A stretch of DNA of 45,747 nucleotides from Catajapyx aquilonaris (lineage: Eukaryota). The notes beneath the pieces were generated by a model. That model was not told the DNA's origin and made no database searches. It saw only the letters and a list, made by a program, of their open reading frames with translations. The stretch is from positions 1 through 45,747 of the forward strand of contig KZ538827.1 of assembly GCA_000934665.2 (NCBI GenBank). The letters run 5' to 3'. This document shows, one piece after another, positions 11,375 through 24,196 of this stretch (position 1 is the stretch's first letter; each line of letters opens with the position of its first letter). The position numbers and the translations under genes were made by a program.

Positions 11375-11609
11375 TTAGGCCACATCCCGCATGTTGGCCT
11401 AATCTATTCGGCAATTCACGTATTTTCGCCAGGGCCTCCAGAGGCCATGATATAAGACTAATAAGTTGAGTCTGCATTTTTAGGCACGGAAAAACCCCAA
11501 AATCGACAGAAAAAACCCTCAAATAGGCACAAAAAGTTTACTTTTTTGGGCATATGGAGGATAATGTTACAGAAAATAAAAAAGCCAGAATAATTTTATA
11601 GGCCTAAAG

Positions 11610-12100
11610 CAGGGGTATTCAACTAGTTTCGGACAAGGTCCAGTATTTACCTTTCCTGGCCCATTGAAGGTCCGGACCCCCCCCCCCCCCGGGGGGGGAT
11701 GTATAGATTTTATATGGTACCACAGGGTTCATATTCGAAAATATAAACATGTGCAGCAAGGGTAGGGTCTATCAAGACAGGGGATATTAAGACATTTTCG
11801 CCCTTTATGATGTCCTGTACAGGGGCGTAGGCAGAAGAATTTCGGAGGGGAGCCCATTTCGTAAGCACAAGGTGAACAAGCCGTAAAGGGCCCGCCACAG
11901 GCGAAATTTTTGGGGGTTCAAGGTCACAAGAGCTTAGGTAAGATGTGGGAGATTTGAATAGGTGTGTATTTGATGAAATTGGTAGCACTTTTTCCAAAAA
12001 AAATCATGAATTAGTCATTTATCATGCTATTTCAAACAGTCCTGTATATTGTCGCGGTCCTGACAAAATTGCGTCGCGGTCCGCCAGTTGAATATCCCTG
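11610..12100. mobile_element. hAT-like MITE
   Basis: TIRs CAGGGGTATTCAACT and AGTTGAATATCCCTG; 8-bp TSD GCCTAAAG. Confidence 0.88.
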
Positions 12101-12280
12101 GCCTAAAGTATAAATATAATGTCCCAAACCAGAGAAAAAATCTACTAACAATGATAAACTGACAGAAAATCACAACACTTGGGCAAAAGACAAAATGCAA
12201 GCAAGTATCACTTTCTCTGGACTCTACCGCTTACAGCCAGTTTCCACTTGCACCACACTTGCACAATATGCTGCCAAATA

Positions 12281-12662
12281 CAGGGTGGACCAACTTCAAG
12301 TGTCGTTTTATAACGGCGATTAATAGCAGTGATTTGCGATGACGTAGCAGCGACGTGTAAAATGTCCCACTTCAGTGCCATCGAAAATATTAACTGCCAA
12401 TAGCAGCACGTGTAATCAACCCTGCTGCTGGGTTGACCTGGAAAAAAGGAGGTGCACACATGACCTGCGATGCGCCTGGGTGAAATGGGTGACGCCCAAC
12501 GCACCAGATGGACCTGTAATGCAAGGGGGAAACCTGCAAACGAAACAGCTAATATTTTCGATGGCGCCGAAGTGGGCAATTTTATACGTCGCTGCTACGT
12601 CAATCGTAAAGCGCTTCTATTAATCGCCGTTATAAAACGACACTTGAAGTTGGTCCACTCTG
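12281..12662. mobile_element. Tc1/mariner-like MITE, TA TSD
   Basis: Long TIR CAGGGTGGACCAACTTCAAGTGTCGTTTTATAACGGCGATTAATAG, with its reverse complement ending at 12662. Confidence 0.9.
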
Positions 12663-13349
12663 TATTTTTACAATCAGAGGAAATTTAGAAAAAATTTGGC
12701 ATACATGTCACGGAAACATGACTTGTATTACTTCTGAACGATTTTGGTCCTTTCAGGAGCACAAAAAAATACTCCTCAAAAAACCAAACATGCCTCTGAA
12801 GGAATAGGCCTGGAATAGGCCCAAAAAGTCCCAAAATTACTGCAAAATGGTCAAAAACTATCCCAAAAAAGGCCAAATAGGCATGAAATGTTGCAAAAAG
12901 GCAGATTTGGCAAAATAGTTCCCAAAACCAAGCGATACGCCATTTTCGGCACCTACATTTCCACATCCTGCACTTATGAAAAGGATCGATATCTTCACAA
13001 AACCATCCCAACTGTTAACCCTGGAACCGTGCCGTGGGGTCTTTTTGGACCCCAAGGAAAAAAATGCATTAAAATAATCATTACAATGAACTTTTGCCAT
13101 TTTTTTACAGTAAGCCAGTAGGCTAGTAGAGGAATCCGAGAAATATCGGACGAGTAGTTTCGATTCTATAGCCAATTCCAAAGCGATTGTCACTTATGTA
13201 CTTCTTGAGCCAAAAAAAACATGACGCGGACAGGGGAGAGTCGGGGACTTTTGATATGTTGTTCAGCATGGCAAACAGAGCCTGTGTGCAAATTTTCAGC
13301 TTTACATTATTTTTGTCCGGGTTAGGCCTCATTTTTGTCTAAAACTCCT

Positions 13350-13787
13350 GGGCTAATAGAGTAAGAGGAGGAGTGAGAGACAGAGGAGATGATAGAGTAC
13401 GGCTGGGGTCCCACCAGGTGGGACATGACGGGGGTCCGGAGCGGGCCCCGATCTCTCCGACGGGATCTTTCCCTTTGGGGCTTGACGGAGGCCTGGGTGA
13501 CCAGGCAGAAGTCGAGAGGCCTGTCGGACGGGATTGGGGCGAGCTCCGGACCTTACAGGTTCGGGACTCGATCGTGGGACGGGCGGCTCCTCTGGGTGTC
13601 GTCCCGATGGTCGAGTCTCGACCCTATGACGGCTTGGGTTCGATTCGGAAGCGAACGGGTGGTCCGCCCCTGGCGGACCACGATGAAACGGACTTAGAGT
13701 GATGATATAGGCCCTATGTGGGGCCCGGGGTTTAAGGACCTACATGGTCTGGAATAACCCCGTTAATATCTGACTAAGTATATAACA
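13350..13787 (-). mobile_element. GC-rich insert, possible truncated LTR
   Basis: Abrupt GC-rich block in AT-rich surroundings; minus strand begins TGTTATATAC. No second LTR or TSD found. Confidence 0.35.
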
Positions 13788-13848
13788 GGAAGTGCAGGTT
13801 TATTTTGAATAAGCGATCCTTTTAGGCATTGTTCAAAGAATAATTGTA

Positions 13849-14440
13849 CAGGGTGGACGGAAAGTTTTGGACCCCCCCAGATTTTGGATTCTAATGTGTG
13901 TCCTTGGAGGAGATATTCTGAAAGTGGAAATGTGTCGTGTTGATTAATTTACCAAGGTAGGACTGTCTACTATCCTTTCGCACCAAGAAAATATTTTTAA
14001 AGTAAAACTGGTGAGTACCAATGTGAGGATTGGAAAGTAATGCATCCGGGTCCGCAATTTAATGCATTCCTTTTCATTTTTTTATTGGACCAGGTTATAG
14101 ACCAATACGAAAAATAAGGTCAGGAATGAATTCACCACATTTTAATGGAGGGGAACTCATGGAAAAGGGTCACGAAAACCTTACCTACCACAGAATATGA
14201 CCACAGTCCTCCAAGGCAACAAGTAAAATAAACGTAAAACAGATAGGATGTATGGATGAGTCACAGAGGCAAAGTTATTAATGGAATTGCAGAAGCAAAG
14301 GTGCTCACATGTTGTCAAGATTATGCTTCAAAAGATAGTGTACATTAAAACTTCTTGTGGACTTTTAAAAGATGTGAACAGATTCTGTGAAATGTACAGT
14401 TCAAAAACCTGGGGGGGTCCGAAACTTTCCGTCCACCCTG
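13849..14440. mobile_element. Tc1/mariner-like MITE, TA TSD
   Basis: TIRs CAGGGTGGACGGAAAGTTTTGGACCCCCCCAG and CTGGGGGGGTCCGAAACTTTCCGTCCACCCTG. Confidence 0.9.
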
Positions 14441-14958
14441 TATATAGTCAATACATTGAAAAGTATTATATAATAATTAATAAAAATTAAAATATGGTGG
14501 GGTCCGAAAAGACCCCACGGCACGGTTGCCGTAATACTCGTAGGCACGGCACGGTTCCAGGGTTAAGGAACTAAATAGGCATTTGCCTAAAAATCCGGAC
14601 TCTACTAATAAGAAACCCCAGTACCGGCAACATGAGTCATTATGCATTACCATTACTGTGACGATTTCTCATTTCTGTTTTTCTGTCACACAGATTACTG
14701 ACACTGTGACTGCGAGTCTCACAGTGAGACGGGGCGGAGATTGGGGCGGTAGTTACGCCCCTGGGTCGTAGCATGCCCACTAGTGTCTACATTAGAAGTC
14801 ATGTGAAACCACAAACCAGCCTGCCAAACATGTCACACTTTCACCACTAGTACCCTGCAAGAGGCTACCCACCGTATCCGTATCTCCTAATAATGTCCTG
14901 CTGTCCAGGTTGCTCCCTTGTCATCGTATTAATGAGTCAGCAGATGCAACACCAGCAT

Positions 14959-15110
14959 CTTACCCCACCTTAGTCCATAGTCCACTCTTCGTTAGGCTAG
15001 TTAGGCTCTTCCGGTAGCCATTTTTAATACCCATCCATTGATTAGCTACTTGGCTACTACAGAGACCAGAGATCACGTGGTGATACTATTCGAGCAGCAG
15101 ATGGCGGTCG
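14959..15110 (-). promoter_or_regulatory. Candidate promoter and non-coding first exon of the CD36 gene
   Basis: Non-TE patch with a minus-strand donor G|GTAAGA (14963), E-box CACGTG (15074-15079) and CAGCAGATGGCG (CTCF/YY1-like, about 15095-15106). Motif evidence only. Confidence 0.3.
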
Positions 15111-15150
15111 GTACGCATTTGGCAAAATACGGTTTCTGTTCGCGCACGTG

Positions 15151-15300
15151 CAGGGGGTGACTATCCAAAACAATCCAAAAACTTACCATTTTAAAGCAAG
15201 AATTAATGAATTTCAAAACTTGTTTTTAAAATGAGTAAAAGTTCACACTTACTCTAGATGAGGTCAAAACAAGGGAAAAATAGAGGAGGCCTACCTACAA
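15151..15300. mobile_element. TIR-element end, same family as 1-239
   Basis: Begins CAGGGGGTGACT; reverse-complement similarity to 120-239. Confidence 0.6.
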
Positions 15301-18300
15301 CTCTCATATTCTAAAGAGTGGTTGAAACCTGCTTCCAGGATTAATTTTGCAGTTGACCGCAATAATTTTTATTGGACGTTGTTCCTCTTAATATTATATC
15401 AAAAAGTGAAACTCAGTTTTTAAATGCCTGTCCCCTAAGTATAGTGAAAACCTGGCCTCAAAAGTCGCGAATTTGCAATTTTTGTGCACTTGAAATGGTC
15501 ACAGCAGGCACTAAAAAGCTGCCGGAATTTTAATATTAATTTTTCAGACACTAGTTAATGCTGTCCAATTTTTTGAGACGTGTCTTCTTCAAGAATGATA
15601 ATTTGTTAAAAGATTAATATGAATAAATATTATTGCTAGGAGGTTGGGAGCCAGAAGAATGCCCTTCGGATGCATTAGGATTAATATCACGGCCCAGAAC
15701 AAACGTTGACTCGAGAAATTTCTGTCAGGTGATGACATCCCTTCATGCCATGGAATCACAGGTATTTCAAAACATTTGAGTTATTACAAGTATGTGCCAT
15801 AGAAAAGTGAGCCAGGAGTGTGACTACTAAAATGTTCTACATACCTGAATTTAATAATACTCCTTAATTTTTTTAACCCACTAGGAGACGTACCTCTTGC
15901 ACAGCAATCTGTAGTTAAATCACGGTGTCATTGAGAAGCAGTGTTGCCAAATAATGGAGTAAAAAATCCACTTATTTCACTGCAAATTTTTTTAAAAAGT
16001 ACTGATCCAGGAGAATAACATGAAAACTCAGGACACACTTTGGAGCGATGCAGCAAGGTCATGTCAAATTATCAAATTGTTTTTTTGATGTTGTTTTACA
16101 CCTTCAAGTATGCACAATTTAATTATAGTATTTAAACTTATCTAAATGGTAATTATAAAATTGTAAGAAAATATAGAATACTTTAAAATAAGATCGGGAC
16201 ATGCCAGGAAGTGACTTTACGTTTTAGGCCCTTACATATTTTTTTGCAGTAGAAGATAATTTAATATCTCTTTGTTTTCATGGGGATGGCTATGTGTCAA
16301 CTGCTTCTACAAATGTTTAAAAAATCAACTCTCTCAGTCAAGCCATTTTTGAGTTATTATGCCCGGACATAGTATTGGTAAGTTTTGGAGAATCGCCCAT
16401 ATATGGTACAGTTTAAAATTACATTTAACTGCCGCTGTTCGTTCTTATGTGACTGCTCACACTATTGCATTTTTTGGAAATCCAATTGGAATAAACTATA
16501 CGGTATAAAAATATGGAGGTATGAAAATAATTTTTATGTATTACGCTCAAAACAATATTATTGGTGATGGAAGAAGCAGGCATACTGTAATAGCAGAATT
16601 TTGAGCATTTATTTATGACGGAGACACCACGCAAATTATAACTTCCTGTCATTATAATAAACCACCTAATCGCAATGGTGGGATTTTACGAATAACTGGC
16701 GATCTTTAGACAATTTATGTACACTAAAAATATTTACAGAATTGACCATTTTTCTCTTCTGTATTTCCAGATTCACCACCATTCAAGAAAATAACGGGAG
16801 TAATAAAATTATTGAAGAGGACGGCGCGGCGCGGCGGTCCGTATGGTCACAGGTCGAGTGCAATCATTGAAATAAACCACCTCAAATGATTAAGGACTAT
16901 CAGTCTGGCACTCTAGAAGGCAAAACTGCAAAGTTGACGACAATTTTTTCTCTCAAGTCATAATAATTCTCTTCCACATGCCTTAAGGAACAGAGACTCA
17001 AATCATGTACCTACCTTAAAATAGAATAGTGCAACTTTTCAGTGGAAATCCCAAAATGGTGAAATAAAATGCACCCTGTTGATCCCTAACAATTGTCTGG
17101 ATGGATTCAAAATCAGAAGTGTAGCCTTACTGTATCTTAAAATACAGCAGCTCATTTTCGTGTTTGTCTGCAGTGATATAAAATGTCAATTTGATTTATC
17201 ACCTTTTCTCATTGCCATGCCATAGTGCCGCATTAAAAAGATTTGCAGTTCGTACTCCAATAGTGTCATACTTATGACTTGTATCTCCATTAATTTCACG
17301 CGTAAACTAAAAGTGCATTTACCTTTTCAGAAAGATCCTGTTTAACTCTAAGACTTTTTCCTCTATCAAATTTGTCATCACATCCGTTTATTTATTGTTT
17401 ATAATAATTCCGAAAAATTGTAGCTACATGGTAACCCAAGGAGTAACCGAAATTATCCTCAATACTTCGCCTTGTTCATTTTAACAGTAGTTTGCTAATG
17501 TTATTGGTAACATCCATTCCTTCTACAAATTTTCCAGCTCTACATAAAATATCGCCTGGTAAACGGTTTTACTGGAATTCCGCTCAACATGATATAGTCA
17601 GCGGTTCTATATTTCCTGTTGAAGATTTTATCCCAATCGTGTTACTAGTTACTAAAATCATACAACTGCAACTATTGCATCTTTATACTCTAAGTAATAC
17701 AAACTATATATTCTATTTACAAGAACATCGATATGCCTATACAGCCCCAAAAAAACAGCATCTGCAGTATAGATCAAGTTCATGTTGCAGTCCTTGGAAA
17801 AGTTGCTCTTGACTGTTACAACTGATGTCGAAATACTACACTACCAATGGCATCGCTTAACCTACGATTAATAGGTACTGACTACTGCTAAAATATATTT
17901 ACTATTTAGGCCTAATGTCTGGTAGGCAAGAGGCCAAACCAGAAATCATAAATTCTGATTGCAGGCCTTCACGTCTCTAAATAACATTATACAGTATACT
18001 AATTGTATAATACAGCTTCAGCTTCAGGCAATAATCTTATTACAGGCAATATTAGTGGGCAATATCTTATGCAGTTTCTTCTATTCTGGCTGAAGTAGAA
18101 TTATCCCTTGACCACTTACATCAGAGTAGGTCTGTACTGTTTTGGTCAGAGGTTGGCCACTCGCATAGGCCTAATAATCAGCGTGCTATACACTTTTTCC
18201 TGTAATCAAACATGATCCTGTGCTTCCTTATTAGAAATGTATTGTGCATAATCGCATAAGGTAGGCTAATCGTAATTAGGTGTACACTTCAAATATCAAG

Positions 18301-20915
18301 TAGAAGTGGACATCCCCTGTAATTTACTCTGATTATTACTTTAAAGCGTCTTATTTTGCTCACATAAGTCAATCAATGTCTAAAAATGCCGAGACAAAAT
18401 CCTGCGACGGGGGCACTTCAGGCGGAATCATTGTAGCACATATAAAATATAAAGGTTTATATAGCAGAGCTGCACATTTTTTCGTTATTTCCAAACATGA
18501 AGGTCATCATGTTCCTTAGATATACAGCAGCTTAAGTTTCCTTCCATTTGTTGCAAATGGAACTCAGTTGTAAGTCTTAAGCACGAGAAAGTACCCTACT
18601 ATCTCTAACACCCAAGACAAATCGTGGATACAGAAAGCTTACTGATTACCTTTAGCTGAAACAAAACACTCCGTTTCCTGAAAACCTCACACGACTCTCC
18701 ATCGCCTAAGCAAGTCTTTTCTCACACTGAGGTCACATGACGCAATTTTTTCTTCTTGAAGAGTGACCTTCAAGCACGAGTTGAACGTACGAAATTAGCT
18801 AATTTCTCATATTCTCCTTATAACTAATTCATATTTATTCAGCACACCCTATAGTATTTTTTTTGTATTCTTCATTCCTTAGGAAGAGAAAAGCGAAGCC
18901 TTGAAAATATTTTATTCAGCGCGAAATGAATGGTTAGACTAATACAAATACCATATCCTCCTGAATACAATGGCGTGTCATGTTTTTTCACATGTAACAT
19001 CACATCGACAGGACTTGCGCATATGGCACAAAACTAATGAGTTATAAAAGTCAGCAGGATGATGTTTCGTAAGAGTTCACATGCGAACCGTACCCAGTAA
19101 AATGCCTACCTTTTTGTGAAGGTGCGTGACGGGCACTCTATACCTCTACACTTTCATTACTTACTACGTGGCATATGCAAAAATCATTGCAAGCATTTCA
19201 TGAGACCATGATGCATGAGATACTCTTACTCATTATATGTGGGATATTGCTCTCGTATTTCAATCACGGGACTCGAGTGTTGGTTTATTCAAGGGCAACG
19301 AAATTTGCATTTGATCCAAGTGTATATCGATGACCAGGGTCAGTATGAAATATTTGACTCACAATTGCATAATCTGCCTTGCGACCTTGTGTGCCATTGT
19401 AGTGTAAAAATACATGATAAGAATGAACTAAATTGATCACAGGTTGCAGGTGTCGCAAGTGAGTATATGAAGTACTCACACAACATATGAATATTACACA
19501 GCTGGTTCCACTGAATTAAAGTGTGCAATTACCAATTTTGACACTGAGAAGTTTATTAGCCGTCAAACGGTTACTTGTAGAAGCACCCAAAAATTAGCTG
19601 TTAATATCAAGTCGAAGGAAACCGTCTTCTCAGCAAAAAGTCTCGACATTGCTAAATAACCAATTTTGACAATATATTTGCAGAAGAGGTCAGCGGTTGA
19701 CCCCTATTTTTACAAACTTGGTAGAAAACAGACCTTCGACATTTTTCTTGTCGCGGAACCCTTTCGTTTTACACAAACATTTCCAAATCCCTGTGCAATG
19801 TTATTATTCTTTTGAATGCCTAACAACAAGCATGATGCTCTTATTACAGCATGAGGTCTACTTTCTATTTTCAGCTTTTTTGCGTGAGAATAATGGACCG
19901 AAAAAGAAGTACTGTAAAGGCACCTAGATTGATATTAGAGCATTTATCTGACTAATACTATCCCAGCTATTACCCACAGATATCACTGTAATATCAATGC
20001 GGTGTTCCACGGAATACCGCACCAGTTCATCATGACCACTGGCCTTCTCACGCATTATAGGCCAGCTAAAAAGAAAAATGCCATTCCAAACCATACCGGT
20101 TATCATGTGGTACCGTACATAGCGTTGTCTTAAAGTGTCGAATCAAGGCGATTACGATAAAACTCATATGCGAGTGTGTGAACCATACATTATGGAATAA
20201 ATAACATCCTTATTATATTTTTGTACAGGTTATCCTAAGCATAAGATTTGGCTTGAATTATCCCAGACATACAGTATAGGCGTGATGCCGATCAAATAAA
20301 AAATATATTAAAATCTGATAGCGTCTAATGACCGAATCAGAAGTATTCACATCTGGTGGATTACTAGATCTCGGTGCTGATAGATTTTTACTAATAGCAG
20401 GAGGGAAATAGGAGGACCCTCATACAGTAACACATTTAATATATTGAAAGTAAAATAACTATTGTTACCTACTAACAGCAGAATATGCATGCTGTGCTGG
20501 GTTAGAATCAAAATAAAGTGCCTATATTATATCTGAGCATAGTAGGGTATAATCAAGTTTGTTGCTGGCAACACCTTTCCGATCCCCTGCACCCATTTAA
20601 TGCCTCTTTAAATCCTTGCCATACACGACTCGATCCTAGGTAACTATCCATCCGTGTAGATCCTTGGCAGCGATAGACCCAGCATCCAGACTGGACAAAT
20701 GGACGCACATGAGATGGTATCCCCGGAACAGGACATCCGGAGGGCGATTCAAGGGCGCATTTCTCTGATGCAGGCAAGGGCACATACCATATTTTCAAAG
20801 GGGGTACATTTTATATTATTTTTTATTCTCCCCCCCCCCCCCTTTTTATGAGAACCTCTAAAATGAGCCTGCTTGCACGAATCTAGATTAGTTCTCAAGG
20901 AGCCGTAGATCCAAC

Positions 20916-22957
20916 ATGGCCTACTCCGTGGCTCTTGTGCTTTGCCTCGCCCTCACCTCATCTCTGGTATGCTATTATCATTTGTAGACTAATGATATTA
21001 ATTGAATTGTTACTATTATCACCTTCAAAAATGTACACTTTATATTAATAGGAACCTAAGACAATTGAACTTGAGCTGATTTCCTTTTTCTAACTGTTTC
21101 ACCAATGAATAAGGCAAATTATTGAATTTGATAAATGCTGTGTACGGAGCTATCGAGATAAAATATAACGTCATTCCCCCATATACCCGAAGATGTCCAT
21201 ATAGCAAATACCGCAGAATATGTTCATTGTATTAAAGCTTCTTTATATTAAATGTTGACTATGATGATGCTAATTACGATGATAAATTTCAGGCTGCCAT
21301 TCATGGGAGCTATGACAGCAACAAGATTGATCAGGGTGAGTTTATAAATTATGCCCGCTGAAACACATTCCTTAGTTAGACTACTTTTCTGTAACATAAC
21401 GAATGTATTTTTGCAAAGTGTTCCCACTAACTGCTCTACCAAGAAGAGAAGGGCTCTAATAATATGGTTTTGTGGCACTGAAAATATCCATTGGGTCTGT
21501 CCATTTCTTCATTGAGTAGGGGAGACCAGTGATAGTTGGCACAATTTTTACATTTCATTTTTTATGACGTCAATTAAGACTTATTTGCTGTAATTTATAT
21601 ATTCTCGACAGGTGACGAGAAGACCAGGGACAGTCCTCTTCCAGACTGGCATTGCTCGGACAAGTTTGTCGGACTTGCCATGAGGGTATGTACAACATGA
21701 AACATGCCATTACAGTAGCAGTACGACGTCATTGATAATTCCTGTCTGGCCAGGCATGCGATGTCGTGACTGATGAGGCAGAGGTAGCCTTCTTGTCCTG
21801 CGTCAGGGAACTGGACCTAACCCTGCCCTGCATTTTCAAGTCCTGGCTCCATACCGACACCGTCCGCACTTGCCCCAATGACGAATCTGAAATTGATACA
21901 TGGGACCGATTCCTCAACCAATCCGAGTCCAGGGTAAGCCCAGAAAGGATTAAAGTTTCCAGTGATATTATCCTGATTGCCAGAGAATTAACTAACGATT
22001 CATTAATTCCAGTGCCTGATGAGGTGCTTCTTCAACAAGATGGGATTGGTAAGTACCCTGCAAATTGGCTTCAGTGTATGTAGCACTGTAGGAGTTGGCA
22101 GTTTTATTGGCCACACTGTGTCACACACTTTATGGTCATTCTATAGTACGGCTGTACAGTACCGTGTGTAACATGAGTCAGCTCACATTGCAGGATGTTC
22201 ATATCGCTTCACGCCAAATGTGAAGTTGATGATGCCACAGGGACAAACATCCGCGAAGTTCCATCGATACAGATGTGAGCTAATGTTACACGCGATATAA
22301 CCAATGTGAACTATGTGACTATTTTTCATGGTCACTGACGTCAATGAGTGGCAGTGTGCATGCCATGATTTATGATCGTGTGTAATCCGCCCTAAAGCTG
22401 TATACCACACATGAAAATGTATGTTATAATTCGAGCCATATATTTTGACAGATGAAGGAAGACAACCACGTCAGCATGGTCAGATGGTACAAGTACGTCG
22501 AGAAGCACTACACAATGACCGGACGTTTCACCGCAAAGGAATCCAATGAATTCCTCAGCTGCATGCGTGGTGACGACGGTTCCGACGGTAAGGAAGCTCA
22601 TTTTAAATGACACCTTGCATGCATGAATAGACCATTGTTTTTAGATTCTGGCGAATCTGATGACGATTCAGCTGACACTTCCTCATCGGAGGAGGACAGA
22701 TACACCATGCAGAGACCAGCTGATTGCGTCGAGACCGAGAAGGCCGAAATTTGCTCCTTTTCTCTTTTAATGAACGTAAGTTTTTTTTTTCAATACCTTA
22801 CGTATAAAATGCTTCTCAGGATTGACTTCTAATAACATTATCCTTGATTTTCTTCAAGAAATTGGAAGAGTGCGTCGGACCCGTATGCCGTAAGCTCCTG
22901 GTCGGAAGCAAGGGAATGTACAAGTCGGCCAGCCAACTGAAGGATTTCTCCGAATAA
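20916..22957 (+). CDS. Secreted cysteine-rich odorant-binding-protein-like (PBP/GOBP-like) protein, 249 aa, 8 exons
   Basis: Exons 20916-20966, 21293-21335, 21612-21685, 21754-21933, 22013-22048, 22452-22587, 22645-22775, 22859-22957; all GT-AG, 750 nt with no internal stop. Signal peptide MAYSVALVLCLALTSSLA. OBP-type spacing C-X20-C-X3-C (CLMRCFFNKMGL), then X43-C, then C-X8-C (CVETEKAEIC). AATAAA at 23068. Confidence 0.85.
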
Positions 22958-24196
22958 GAAGACGATGATAACCAATCTATTTGAATTTTCACTCTATCTC
23001 TAACGTTTTCCAGCACTTCGGACCAACATTATTGGCGCAGGTGGGAACTGCTGTACAAACAAAAATTAATAAAAGCAAGAGTTGCTGCATACACACACTC
23101 ATTCACCATATTTCCCAAGTATGTCTTATTTGGCACATCCTGTAATCTTTGCCCTGCTGCCGCTGCTGGTGATGACAATATAGGCTGTAGCACGCTTATT
23201 TAAAAAACAGCAACTTATGATAAAAGTGACCTGATATAATTATACGGACCTGGAGTTCAAGAGGAGATAGCAGCAAAGTTATGAATTGTTTACCACTTCA
23301 AGGAAAACAATCAAAATCACATTAAAGTTGCTACATCTTTAATTTATTCTTACTACTTTGTCATTGCGAGCTTTAGTCATGAATAGATAACGGCTAACGC
23401 GCCCACATCGTCTTATCGATGGGAATTGTATGCTAGTGACTAATACAGGATAAAAATGGTCATATGTTCATGTATTGCTCCTTTGCCAATAAATAAAAGA
23501 GCCTACTTACGCAACAAATCAGAGGGTCACAAGATGGTCAGTGATTTTCATTTATTATTCATTCAAACAGAGAGTGGTATACCGACGTCACAATGAGCAA
23601 AATTATTGTCAACAGAATCAGCAATTGAAGGCTCGAAAGATGACCAGGCCTTCCAGGCTAATCATATGTCAATCATGTTTCCCACAATATTTTAATTAAT
23701 GAAGCCAAGCTTGGGCACAGTAAAAAAAAATCCCTCCAATCGTAATAATTATATCAGGGTAAATACCGTACTCTTTTTACTCTTTCTCAATTCACCAGCA
23801 TCCAGTGTCAATTCCATAATAGACGCGCATATTAACATCAATGAATGATGATTGAGGTAGGTATTGCAAATATTTGTTCTCCGCCCCCAACACAAGAAAA
23901 TAAGGCACTCAAAGACAAATCTGTTGTATTGCGTATAGTGTGAATAGTGTGTATAAGTGGTAGATGTTGCATTTAATTGGGATAAACGGACTTGTGAGAA
24001 ACGTAGTAGTATCACGTGCGTAACATGGTTCATTGTCATGCTCTATATGTGTAAGTTTAGTATATGGTTCAGCTCTATTTCATTGCTGTCTGTCAGAAAT
24101 GTTACGCTTTCACATTTGTGTTTTCAATTTCACTCCATTTAGACTTTCTGGTAATATTAGGCCTACATACATCCGGTCTCAATCAGGTATGCTTAA

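Larger units (their letters stand above)
13019..14562. mobile_element. piggyBac-like non-autonomous element, TTAA TSD
   Basis: TTAA|CCCTGGAACCGTGCCGTG ... CACGGCACGGTTCCAGGG|TTAA, plus inner GGGGTC..GACCCC repeats. Confidence 0.88.
11466..14604. mobile_element. hAT-like non-autonomous element hosting several nested insertions
   Basis: TIRs TTGAGTCTGCATTTTTAGGCA and TGCCTAAAAATCCGGACTCTA (3 mismatches); 8-bp TSD CTAATAAG on both sides. Confidence 0.75.

Noticed and set aside
13373..13702. Two overlapping ORFs of about 105 aa
   Set aside because: GC-rich repeat-like insert with no recognisable motifs or splice context.
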